Source: a virus
DNA length: 64,000 bases
Virus record (IMG/VR): IMGVR_UViG_3300028394_002011
Strand: one strand, 5' to 3'
The notes below the pieces were generated by a model that was given only the letters and a program-made list of their open reading frames with translations, did no database searches and was not told the origin of the DNA. Position 1 is the stretch's first letter. Each line of letters begins with the position of its first letter. Both the position numbers and the translations under genes were made by a program. This document shows positions 1-8,390 of this stretch, one piece after another.

Positions 1-2
1 TC

Positions 3-1349
3 AAAGTTGTTGCTAGTACAACATGGGAAGAATATCGCAAGCACTTTGAAAAGGATCGTGCATTGATGCGTCGTTTCCAACGTATTACTGTTGATGAACC
101 AACAATTGAAGTTACTACACAGATCCTTAAGGGTATTAAAAAATACTATGAAGGATTCCATAATGTTAAAATTAAAGACGATGCATTACATTCAGCAATC
201 AAGCTAAGTGTAAAATATCAAACAGATAAGAAACTTCCAGATAAGGCCATTGATTTGATTGACTTGGCTTGTAGTCGTTTCAATCTTAAACTTGCAGACG
301 AGCGTGTCATTACCGAACGCGAAATTCAATACGAACTTGCTAAGATGGTACAAATTCCTGAAGAACAAGTTTCTGAAACTGAAAGTGCAAGTATTTCTAA
401 ATTGCAAGACAACGTCAGCGCAGATGTGTTTGGACAAGACACTGCTGTGGAAGAAATTGTGGACAAGATTATTGTTGCACAGGCAGGACTTAAGAGTGAA
501 AACAAACCTGTTGGATCATTTGTATTCATGGGGCCAACTGGTTGCGGTAAGACCGAAACTGCCAAGTCGCTGGCCAAGCACTTGGGTGTTAAACTGTTGC
601 GTTTTGACATGTCAGAGTATCAAGAGAAGCATAGCATCTCCAAGCTGATTGGTAGCCCACCTGGGTATGTTGGCTTTGAAGAAAATGCTGGTTTATTGAT
701 TACACAGATTCAAGAAAATCCTAATGCTGTTCTGTTGTTCGACGAAGTTGAAAAGTCACATCCAGATGTCAGCACAGTCTTGTTACAAATTATGGATAAC
801 GGTTTTATTACTGGATCCAATGGTAAAAAAGCCGACTGTCGCAACATTGTGTTGATTCTTACTACCAATGCCGGCGCACAGGATGCCGAAAAGAATACTA
901 TTGGATTTGGGTCGCAAAGTAAAGACTACAGCGATAAAGATTTGAAAAAGTTCTTTACTCCAGAATTTCGTAATCGACTTGATGCTGTTGTTACGTTCAA
1001 CAAACTCAATAAAGAAACAATGGTTAAAGTTGTTACTAAGTTTATTGACGAGTTGCGTGATCAAGTTAAAGAAAAAGGTATTCGTATCAAAATCAATAAC
1101 GAAGCCACAAACTGGCTTATTGCCAAAGGATTCGATCCCAAGATGGGTGCCCGTCCACTACAGCGTGTTATTGACAAGGAAATCAAACGTGACCTTGCTC
1201 GCATGATGTTGTTTGGAGACCTCAAGAACGGCGGGTGGCTGACTATCTCCATTAATGAAGATAAAATAGCATTAGTAGCTAAAGGTAAAGCATCTAAAGC
1301 GCCAATGTTGGCAATTGAAACTACTGACCATGCAGTTCAAGCAGACTAA
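3..1349 (+). CDS. clpA: ClpA-type AAA+ chaperone/protease ATPase subunit (5' end outside window)
   Basis: Frame open from nt 3 (KVVASTTWEEYRKHFEKDRALMRRFQ). NBD2 Walker A GPTGCGKT, FDMSEY, pore loop LIGSPPGYVG, Walker B LLFDEVEK, GARPL. No ClpB middle coiled coil between NBD1 and NBD2. Confidence 0.9.
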   Translation, partial: KVVASTTWEEYRKHFEKDRALMRRFQRITVDEPTIEVTTQILKGIKKYYEGFHNVKIKDDALHSAIKLSVKYQTDKKLPDKAIDLIDLACSRFNLKLADERVITEREIQYELAKMVQIPEEQVSETESASISKLQDNVSADVFGQDTAVEEIVDKIIVAQAGLKSENKPVGSFVFMGPTGCGKTETAKSLAKHLGVKLLRFDMSEYQEKHSISKLIGSPPGYVGFEENAGLLITQIQENPNAVLLFDEVEKSHPDVSTVLLQIMDNGFITGSNGKKADCRNIVLILTTNAGAQDAEKNTIGFGSQSKDYSDKDLKKFFTPEFRNRLDAVVTFNKLNKETMVKVVTKFIDELRDQVKEKGIRIKINNEATNWLIAKGFDPKMGARPLQRVIDKEIKRDLARMMLFGDLKNGGWLTISINEDKIALVAKGKASKAPMLAIETTDHAVQAD

Positions 1350-1962
1350 AAAACTGTTTTACGGAAAGTACCAGTACAAAATTGTATTGGTATTTTCTGG
1401 CGCTCATTTGTTTAGAAACGCACCCAGCGATGTTATTGCTGACCGCATAAAAAATGTAAAATTAGAAACTGATGTGTATTCTAGAAAACGTTGGACTATC
1501 AAAACTGAAGAAGAGTTGCAATATGCTATCAAGTTAGAGCATGTGCTTTCTGCGTTAGACAACATAGAAATACGTGTAGAAACTCCATGGGTCACAGTGT
1601 ATACTAATAACAAACAAGATGTTGACAAATTAATCAAATTAGATGCATCTCGAGTAAAGTATATTTGCCAGCCGGCAACCGGCACAACTCTAGAAGAAAA
1701 CACAGTTATTTTGCCCAAGATAAAATACGATTACAGAGTAACACTGGGCAAAACTTTGCAAGAATACAGCACTTTTATCACATGGGCTAGTAATAATTCC
1801 AAGATAAAACTAACTAAATCCTGTAAAATTCAGCTTTTAAGAAACAATAGTTGGGGCGGCAGTTACTTTTACATTACAGGTGATAATAATTTGCTCATGG
1901 CAAAGATGCATCTTAGCGGCGTAATTTCCAAAGTTGAGCGGGTCGTAAACGAGAAAGCCTAA
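1330..1962 (+). CDS. hypothetical protein
   Basis: ORF 1315..1962; ATG at 1330 (MQFKQTKK) preferred; overlaps the clpA end. Confidence 0.75.
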   Translation: MQFKQTKKLFYGKYQYKIVLVFSGAHLFRNAPSDVIADRIKNVKLETDVYSRKRWTIKTEEELQYAIKLEHVLSALDNIEIRVETPWVTVYTNNKQDVDKLIKLDASRVKYICQPATGTTLEENTVILPKIKYDYRVTLGKTLQEYSTFITWASNNSKIKLTKSCKIQLLRNNSWGGSYFYITGDNNLLMAKMHLSGVISKVERVVNEKA

Positions 1963-1980
1963 ACAGTAATTGTGTTTTAC

Positions 1981-1988
1981 GATAAATA
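1981..1988 (+). promoter_or_regulatory. T4-like late promoter (GATAAATA)
   Basis: One mismatch to the T4 late consensus TATAAATA; intergenic, at the head of the internal-protein block; the same motif recurs before other structural genes. Confidence 0.6.
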
Positions 1989-2046
1989 CTCTAAAGGCGA
2001 GCATCTGCTGCCATGTATGTAATTTTTGTTAAAACCGGGCTTTATA

Positions 2047-2418
2047 ATGCGTATACGTGAACTATTAGAAAATAAATTCTTTAAAGATTTAGATTTTGTT
2101 AAATCTACTGAAAAGGGTAGAGAACTGGACTATGACCTTGTAGAAGACTTGACTCATTTCATGCATCATGACGATGATGTGTATCGACGTCATGTTTATC
2201 CCAGCATTGCCCGCTGCCTTGACAGGGCCAACAGCAATCGTTCAATAAATCCTGATGTTTTTAAGCCAGCAGTTGTAAGTAGCTATCAGCAATATGTTAA
2301 ACGATTCCCCATACGTGAACTGCCTGAATCGTTAGACGACAAAACTGTTACTAGTATTTGCAAAAAAATGCAAGAAGACTTTAAACAGCATCTAGCTGAT
2401 GGCAAGTACAAGGACTAA
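2047..2418 (+). CDS. putative internal head protein
   Basis: ATG at 2047 gives MRIRELLENK, a capsid-targeting-like N-terminus. Confidence 0.65.
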   Translation: MRIRELLENKFFKDLDFVKSTEKGRELDYDLVEDLTHFMHHDDDVYRRHVYPSIARCLDRANSNRSINPDVFKPAVVSSYQQYVKRFPIRELPESLDDKTVTSICKKMQEDFKQHLADGKYKD

Positions 2419-2420
2419 TT

Positions 2421-3635
2421 GTGTTACTAAGAGAATTGTTTATACGTGAGGCTGTTGAACCTGTCAAAGCAAAAGTTGGCAGAGCATTTAACCACGTAGA
2501 AGATTTGACTTTTTTACACGGCACTGCTGGTGTAATCAAAGCTCTTGAGCATATACGCAAGGCAGGAAGTGCTAGTTCAGAAAATACCAGATTTAAATGG
2601 GACGGAGCACCGCAAATTTATTGGGGCTACACTAAAGACGGACAGTTTATCTTATGCGGTCACAACGGTTGGAGTCGTGGCGGAACAGGCACTAGCGATA
2701 TAAGCGATTTTACCAGTGTGCGTGGCATTTATAATTTTATTTTGAACAAAAGCGGTGATGCTAGCAACGATCCTGCCAAGCAAGCAGAACGCAAGCAGTT
2801 TGCCACAGAGTTTAGTCACTTATACGAAATTTTCAAAGCTTCTACCAAAGTTCCACGTAAAGGTAAAGAAATTTATTTTTATGCCGATGGTCTATTTACA
2901 ACACCTCCAGAAGAAGTGGATGGTGTGTATGAATTAAATCCTAATTTAAAAAGTCAAACACAATATCACATTGCTGTCGACTCTACACTAGGTCAGCGTA
3001 TTGCGGAAGGTGCACAGGCCATGGTTGCCGCACACGGTAGCTTTGATAAATTTGGTGCTGATGATCGTGAACAAAAACCAGTTAGAGATTTTACTACATA
3101 TATGAATCCAATACCCGAGTTAATTGTATTGAGTCCATACTATGCCAAAGTACAACCAAAATTAGATACCAAAGCTATTGATAAAATTGAAATGGATCTT
3201 AAACAAGATAAAGCAACTATCGATGCGTTCTTATCACCTATTCCAAAAGTATCAAACTTTAAAGGTATTATATATCGTTACATGAATGAAAAATCCAAAG
3301 CAGGACAGTTAGCCAATGTTGGTGATGATTTTATGACTTGGGTTGACTTAGGTGCAAGTGGTATGGTCAAATCCGACAGCATGAAGTTGAATATTAGATC
3401 CCGTATAGATGCTGTTCCGGCTGGCGTTACTACTGTGTTCAATTATGTTAAGCGAATTATGAATTTGAAAAATCAACTGTTATCGCAATTAGAAATGAAT
3501 CCTCCAGAAATTAAAGTTATCAATTCCGAAGGATGGGTACAGTACGATTCAGCAGGTGATATGCATACTAAATTTGTTCCACGAGATAACGTTCAACACG
3601 GTAGCGGGGAAACATTATCAAGGTGGGTACCATGA
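2421..3635 (+). CDS. RNA/DNA-ligase-fold (covalent nucleotidyltransferase-like) protein, DUF6267-like, probably virion-packaged
   Basis: KWDGAP (KxDG motif I), EGWV (motif IV) and TKFVPR (motif V Lys); HVEDL near the N-terminus; begins MLLRELF. Confidence 0.55.
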   Translation: MLLRELFIREAVEPVKAKVGRAFNHVEDLTFLHGTAGVIKALEHIRKAGSASSENTRFKWDGAPQIYWGYTKDGQFILCGHNGWSRGGTGTSDISDFTSVRGIYNFILNKSGDASNDPAKQAERKQFATEFSHLYEIFKASTKVPRKGKEIYFYADGLFTTPPEEVDGVYELNPNLKSQTQYHIAVDSTLGQRIAEGAQAMVAAHGSFDKFGADDREQKPVRDFTTYMNPIPELIVLSPYYAKVQPKLDTKAIDKIEMDLKQDKATIDAFLSPIPKVSNFKGIIYRYMNEKSKAGQLANVGDDFMTWVDLGASGMVKSDSMKLNIRSRIDAVPAGVTTVFNYVKRIMNLKNQLLSQLEMNPPEIKVINSEGWVQYDSAGDMHTKFVPRDNVQHGSGETLSRWVP

Positions 3636-4726
3636 AGTTAAGAGAAATGTTTGAGGGCGAACAGCCAACTAATATTATTAAAACTATTGGGATTTCTTTT
3701 GGGCGATTCAATCCTCCGCACAAAGGTCATAAAGGTGTGTGGAAAGCGGCCAGTAAAAATCCAATTTGGTATGTAGGAACTAACGACAGCACTAGCGGTC
3801 CTAAAGACCCATTACCATATGATGTTAAATTACAGTGCATGGCCGCAGTATTTCCGCCAGTTGCAGGGCATGTTGTTCCTGAACAAAGTTTATTAACATT
3901 AGCCACTAGCGTTTATAACAAGTATGGTGAGAATGTACATTTGAAAGTATATACCGATGAAACATGGTTAGCTGACGTATTGGTCAAATACAATGGCGCC
4001 GAAAGCGAGCATGGTATGTATAAATTTAAAAATATTGAACATGTTCCAACAGAACGATTAGCAAGTGCAACGGATTTACGTAAGGCTGTAAGAACTGGTG
4101 ACCGTAATGCGTTCTATAAAGACATGGGCGTTGATCCTAGCGTAACTGTTGACATTGATGGAGAAGCAAAACCTATATTTGATGTAGTTGCACATTATTT
4201 GAATCAGTATCCAGAAAAAGTTAAAAAAACAGTTAAAGCAAAAGAAAATGCCGCAGGTGTTGGTATTATTACAAAACAAAATAGCACAGTTGACGTAAAC
4301 AAAAATACACCAAAGAAAAATCTTCGTGCATTTCAACTAGCAGAACAAATTAGAGAAATGACTGCAATGCTTGAATCTTCTCAAGCTAAGATGACTAAAA
4401 GACAACAACAACCTACAAGAGGTGTTAATACTTACGGCGATAGCGAACATGTTAGCGGCGATTACACTGCATATCGATTAGGCATGGCCGTGGCCGGTGC
4501 TAACGGCAAAGACCCTATTGAGATGAAGGCTAAGAGCTGGATTGGTAAACAAAAAACAACTCATCCTTATACACAAGAAGAACAAGACATGCTTAAACAA
4601 GCATATAAGGTTGTTGGTGCTAATTATAAGGATACAAATAAAGGCGATATGAAGAGTCGAGAATTGGATTCTACTCATAAAGTCAGTCCTGTAGCAAAAC
4701 CTAAACGAAACAAATATGGAGTTTAA
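3632..4726 (+). CDS. HxGH-family cytidylyl/nucleotidyltransferase with C-terminal appended modules
   Basis: FGRFNPPHKGH motif, KDPLPYDVK, LASATDLR; ATG at 3632 (MKLREMFE) overlaps the upstream stop (ATGA). Confidence 0.8.
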   Translation: MKLREMFEGEQPTNIIKTIGISFGRFNPPHKGHKGVWKAASKNPIWYVGTNDSTSGPKDPLPYDVKLQCMAAVFPPVAGHVVPEQSLLTLATSVYNKYGENVHLKVYTDETWLADVLVKYNGAESEHGMYKFKNIEHVPTERLASATDLRKAVRTGDRNAFYKDMGVDPSVTVDIDGEAKPIFDVVAHYLNQYPEKVKKTVKAKENAAGVGIITKQNSTVDVNKNTPKKNLRAFQLAEQIREMTAMLESSQAKMTKRQQQPTRGVNTYGDSEHVSGDYTAYRLGMAVAGANGKDPIEMKAKSWIGKQKTTHPYTQEEQDMLKQAYKVVGANYKDTNKGDMKSRELDSTHKVSPVAKPKRNKYGV

Positions 4727-4727
4727 A

Positions 4728-5165
4728 GTGGACGAAAAATATCATTTAGCATTAAAAACAACATTTGCCAGCGAATATGCATTTGCATTAAAAGCACAGA
4801 ACTTTCACTGGAATACAGAAGGTCCATTATTTTATCAACATCATTTGTTGTTTGAAAGAATCTACGATGAGGTATATGGAGTAGTTGACAAGTTTGCAGA
4901 AGAACTACGTTCTTTACAAATCTATGCACCTGCTAGTTTATCTAAATTCAGTATGTTGACCAAAGTTGAAGACGAAAACTCCGTTCCAGATTTCCAAGGT
5001 ATGTTACGTGAACTGTTAGCCGACAGCGATAAAATGGCTAACATGTTTAAAATTGTTTTTACCATGGCCGAAGAAGCTGGTGATCACGGATTAAGTAACT
5101 TCTTTGCGGATCGTCAAGATGCACATAAGAAGCATAGTTGGTTTCTAAGAGCAAGTTTAAAATGA
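4728..5165 (+). CDS. dps: Dps/ferritin-like DNA-protection protein
   Basis: AQNFHWNTEGPLFYQHHLLFERIY...DKFAEE keeps the Dps ferroxidase His/His/Asp/Glu; GTG at 4728 follows a GGAG SD (alternative ATG at 4716). Confidence 0.9.
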   Translation: MDEKYHLALKTTFASEYAFALKAQNFHWNTEGPLFYQHHLLFERIYDEVYGVVDKFAEELRSLQIYAPASLSKFSMLTKVEDENSVPDFQGMLRELLADSDKMANMFKIVFTMAEEAGDHGLSNFFADRQDAHKKHSWFLRASLK

Positions 5166-5449
5166 AACAATATAGGATCACTACACAGGATTTAAATCAA
5201 AGTACAGATGACGATTGTTATCTCGATCCCAATGATCCTATACACGAATTAAAAGCACTAGCTGGCCTTGGCGGGTTAGGTGGTGAAGCAAGATTACATG
5301 AATATCGTGCTAGTTTAGGCAGTAACGTTAGCGTAACTGGCAATAACAACGGCGAGATACAACGTAAGAATAATATTAAACCAGGAACTCCTGAATGGTT
5401 CAAACTATGGTTTAGTTTACCGTACATGACTGGGGAGAAAAAATTATGA
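5162..5449 (+). CDS. hypothetical protein
   Basis: ATG at 5162 (MKQYRITT), ATGA-coupled to neighbours; ends PGTPEWFKLWFSLPYMTGEK. Confidence 0.7.
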   Translation: MKQYRITTQDLNQSTDDDCYLDPNDPIHELKALAGLGGLGGEARLHEYRASLGSNVSVTGNNNGEIQRKNNIKPGTPEWFKLWFSLPYMTGEKKL

Positions 5450-6240
5450 AAATGACAGAGTTAGATAATAGTGTTCGACAAGATATTGCAGAAGGGTGGA
5501 GTCAAAAGTACAAAAACAGTATCAATTGCAGTCATCCTAAAGGATTCAGTCAAAAAGCTCACTGTGCTGGCAAGAAGAAACACACGGAAAGTATTGAGAT
5601 GGAAATGACATGTCCCGACTGCGGTATGTGCCAATCACACGGTACTCTTAATGAAATTAAGAAAGGACAAAAAGACAGCAATGGCTTTACCAAGTGCTGG
5701 CCTGGTAAACATGCCGAAGGCACCAAGAAAGGAAAAAATGGTAAGCCTGTAAGAAACTGTGTGCCCAATGAAGGTGTGGCGGAAAGTCGACACAACTACG
5801 ATGATAATCGTACTGGATTTAGACGACCTGAAAGAGACATGGATGACGAGTCTAACTTGCTGTACATTTACAAAGATGGTAGAGTTATGCAAAAGATGGT
5901 TTCTAATCGTGTTGAACGCGAAGCTCGTGCTCAAGGGTACAGAGATACACCTGAACAAGCATTAAAGATGCATGGTATTGTTAAGAGCAAATTTAAACCA
6001 GGCAAATGGGTACAAAAACAAGGCGATAGCTGGACCGAAGTATTTCCGTTTGGAAAACCTGACGGATTGCAAGAATTTGCCAGCGCACCTGGAAATATGA
6101 CTACTGCGGCCAATGTAGGCGTTGGTGCAGTATACAAGAACAAACCAGTAAAACAGCCTAAGAACAAAGATGGTACTGCTAAAAATGCCCTTGATATGAA
6201 GGGTGCCAACCTATTGGGCGGCGGCAGCGTCAAAAGATAA
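5446..6240 (+). CDS. modular basic internal head protein
   Basis: Short Cys/Lys-rich modules (EGWSQKYKNSINCSHPKGFSQKAHC; KCWPG...RNCVP) separated by xxE sites. Confidence 0.65.
   Translation: MKMTELDNSVRQDIAEGWSQKYKNSINCSHPKGFSQKAHCAGKKKHTESIEMEMTCPDCGMCQSHGTLNEIKKGQKDSNGFTKCWPGKHAEGTKKGKNGKPVRNCVPNEGVAESRHNYDDNRTGFRRPERDMDDESNLLYIYKDGRVMQKMVSNRVEREARAQGYRDTPEQALKMHGIVKSKFKPGKWVQKQGDSWTEVFPFGKPDGLQEFASAPGNMTTAANVGVGAVYKNKPVKQPKNKDGTAKNALDMKGANLLGGGSVKR
5771..5785 (+). repeat. 15-bp dispersed repeat AAGGTGTGGCGGAAA, copy 1
   Basis: Identical to 9553..9567; encodes (E/Q)GVAE. Confidence 0.85.
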
Positions 6241-6243
6241 ATA
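6236..6243 (+). promoter_or_regulatory. T4-like late promoter (GATAAATA)
   Basis: Overlaps the upstream stop codon; followed by GGAG SD and ATG at 6268. Confidence 0.6.
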
Positions 6244-6267
6244 TTACAAGTTAACGGAGTTACAAAT

Positions 6268-7881
6268 ATGTCAGATCAAATGAACCCAATGGGACCAGCA
6301 GAGCCAGAAATCATGTCGCAAGACGCGGAAAATGTAATTGGATTACAGCCCGGACAGTCCGATCGCGAAGGTGCAATGGCCAAAGCTGATTTATACAAGA
6401 TTGCAAACTATTCACACAAGCTGTTCAAACAGATTAATGATGAAGATCAGATGGAAGCCTGGGTGCAAGCCAAGATTACCAAAGCCGCTGACTATATTGC
6501 ATCCGTTTACCATTATCTTGAATATGAAATGAAGTTTAGCCAGTATGGCAAAGCTCTTGAAGACAGCGAAGTTTATACCGAAAGCCAAAAGCGTATTATT
6601 AATAATCGCCTGATGGAAGCTAAATCTAAAGTTAAAGAACTTAAGAAAGTACACGCAGAAAAAATCAAAGCCGATGCCGACGACAAAATTGCCGAAGGTA
6701 TTTTGAGTGGTGGACATCGTGAATGTACAGAATGTGGCGGCAGTGGAATGGTTTACGAAGAGCCTAAAGCAATTCCAGATCATGTTAAATCAAAAGTTGA
6801 AAAATACAATCGTCAAGCCAAAGCGTTCCATGCTGCCAGCAAGCGTCTTGATCGTAACAAGAATGGCATTCCAGACGACGAAGAAATGGAAGAAGGTTTT
6901 GAAGCAGATGCCAAAGTTGGTTCTACAAAGAAAACTGCTACTGGTGAATTAACTAAAACTGACACCGGTGTCAAGCATAAGAATACCAGCTACAAAGATG
7001 ACGGTGACGAGCTTGATTCAATTGCTAAATCAGGCAAAGGTAAAGCAAGTCACGCTAAAGCACAATCAGCTGAAGAGAAAGCAAAACGAGCTCCAGCACA
7101 AAAGCAAAGTCCAAAGAGTGCTAAGACATGGGGCATGAAAGACAGCGAAAAATTTGACAACCGAGATGGTGCTCCTGCTAAACCAAAGAAAGCTAAAGAA
7201 GAAGAGCTTGATGAAGGTAAAAAGAAAGGCGATGGTAACTTGGCCAACAATGCCAAACCATACGACAAAGTAACACGCGGTGATGTTATTGCCGGACGTC
7301 TTGGTAAAGATGAAAAAGGTGGCAAGGTTAAAGAAGCTAAAGAAGAAAAATTTGATGCATTGAAACACGTTAAGAACCCGACTAAAGGCGAAAAAGAAGC
7401 TGCCAAAGATGTTAAGCGTGGTAGTTATGCTGATCGTGCCGCAATGTTAAAGTCAGCTGAAGCTGATGATAGATTAAAAGAAGCAAGCAAGCCAAGCGCA
7501 GGATTAACTAAAGGTGAAAAGTCTGCGGTAGTTAAGAAAGCTAAAGCAGGTGGCGACATTGGTAAGCCAGGTAAGAGCTTTGACAAAGTAGCCAAGGCTG
7601 CTGGTGGTGGTGAGAAAGGTGAAAAGATTGCCGCTGCCGCTATGTGGAAGAACATCAAAGAAACCCAAGCATACATTGCTGAAAAATCAGCTGTTCAGAA
7701 AAAAGACAAACCTACCAAAGGCAATGATGTGGCTGATGAGGGTAACGAATTTTCAGGCGAATTAGACGCGGCTAGAAAAGCTGGCAAGACTGAATTCAAA
7801 GTGGATGGAAAAACATACCCTGTTAAAGAATCAGCTGATTTAAATCGCATGAAAGAATTCCTAACACGTTTAAACGGATAA
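6268..7881 (+). CDS. Lys/Glu/Ala-rich modular internal head or core protein
   Basis: 537 aa, highly charged. N-terminal EGAMAKADLYKIANYSHKL...EAWVQAKITKAADYI module; CTECGGSG; DRNKNG; many [ILVM]-x-E sites. Confidence 0.7.
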   Translation: MSDQMNPMGPAEPEIMSQDAENVIGLQPGQSDREGAMAKADLYKIANYSHKLFKQINDEDQMEAWVQAKITKAADYIASVYHYLEYEMKFSQYGKALEDSEVYTESQKRIINNRLMEAKSKVKELKKVHAEKIKADADDKIAEGILSGGHRECTECGGSGMVYEEPKAIPDHVKSKVEKYNRQAKAFHAASKRLDRNKNGIPDDEEMEEGFEADAKVGSTKKTATGELTKTDTGVKHKNTSYKDDGDELDSIAKSGKGKASHAKAQSAEEKAKRAPAQKQSPKSAKTWGMKDSEKFDNRDGAPAKPKKAKEEELDEGKKKGDGNLANNAKPYDKVTRGDVIAGRLGKDEKGGKVKEAKEEKFDALKHVKNPTKGEKEAAKDVKRGSYADRAAMLKSAEADDRLKEASKPSAGLTKGEKSAVVKKAKAGGDIGKPGKSFDKVAKAAGGGEKGEKIAAAAMWKNIKETQAYIAEKSAVQKKDKPTKGNDVADEGNEFSGELDAARKAGKTEFKVDGKTYPVKESADLNRMKEFLTRLNG

Positions 7882-7885
7882 TCAT

Positions 7886-8386
7886 ATGCGTATAACTGAT
7901 GTTGAACCAGGATTTATTTTTGAAGGTGAAAATCCGCAGTATGCACAACTACAACATTTATTGACAACTGCAAAAGAGCCTTGGGAAAGAAACCAAATCA
8001 AGTGGCGTATTGAAAATCTACGTAGTACCGAAGCAATGGCCGGAGAGCCCGGTGCTGGTATGGGCGCACCCAGAGATGCAAAGGGCAATTATATCCCCGT
8101 GTTGCCCACTAACGAATGGATGGGGAGAAATCCCAGCATTGTTAAAACGTTACCTTCTGATTGCTTACCTCCAAGTATGCAACAGCCTGGAGTATTAGAT
8201 AAGATCGGCAATGTTATTGGTAAAGGTGCCGATGCTGTTTTCAACTGGGTCGATAAGCAACCTAACAGCAGATCGAGTATTGAACAACAAAAACAACAAA
8301 ATCGTGATGATGCATCAGGTATAATGCGAGAAAGTGTTGAACTAAATCGCATCAAGTCATTAACTAGCAAAGTATTAAAAGGTTAA
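7886..8386 (+). CDS. putative internal head protein
   Basis: Starts MRITDV; C-terminus ESVELNRIKSL resembles that of the upstream protein. Confidence 0.65.
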   Translation: MRITDVEPGFIFEGENPQYAQLQHLLTTAKEPWERNQIKWRIENLRSTEAMAGEPGAGMGAPRDAKGNYIPVLPTNEWMGRNPSIVKTLPSDCLPPSMQQPGVLDKIGNVIGKGADAVFNWVDKQPNSRSSIEQQKQQNRDDASGIMRESVELNRIKSLTSKVLKG

Positions 8387-8390
8387 TACT

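Noticed and set aside
3732-3745. AAGGTGTGTGGAAA, similar to the 15-bp junction repeat
   Set aside because: Different frame meaning (KGVWK) inside a conserved enzyme core; not at a cassette boundary.
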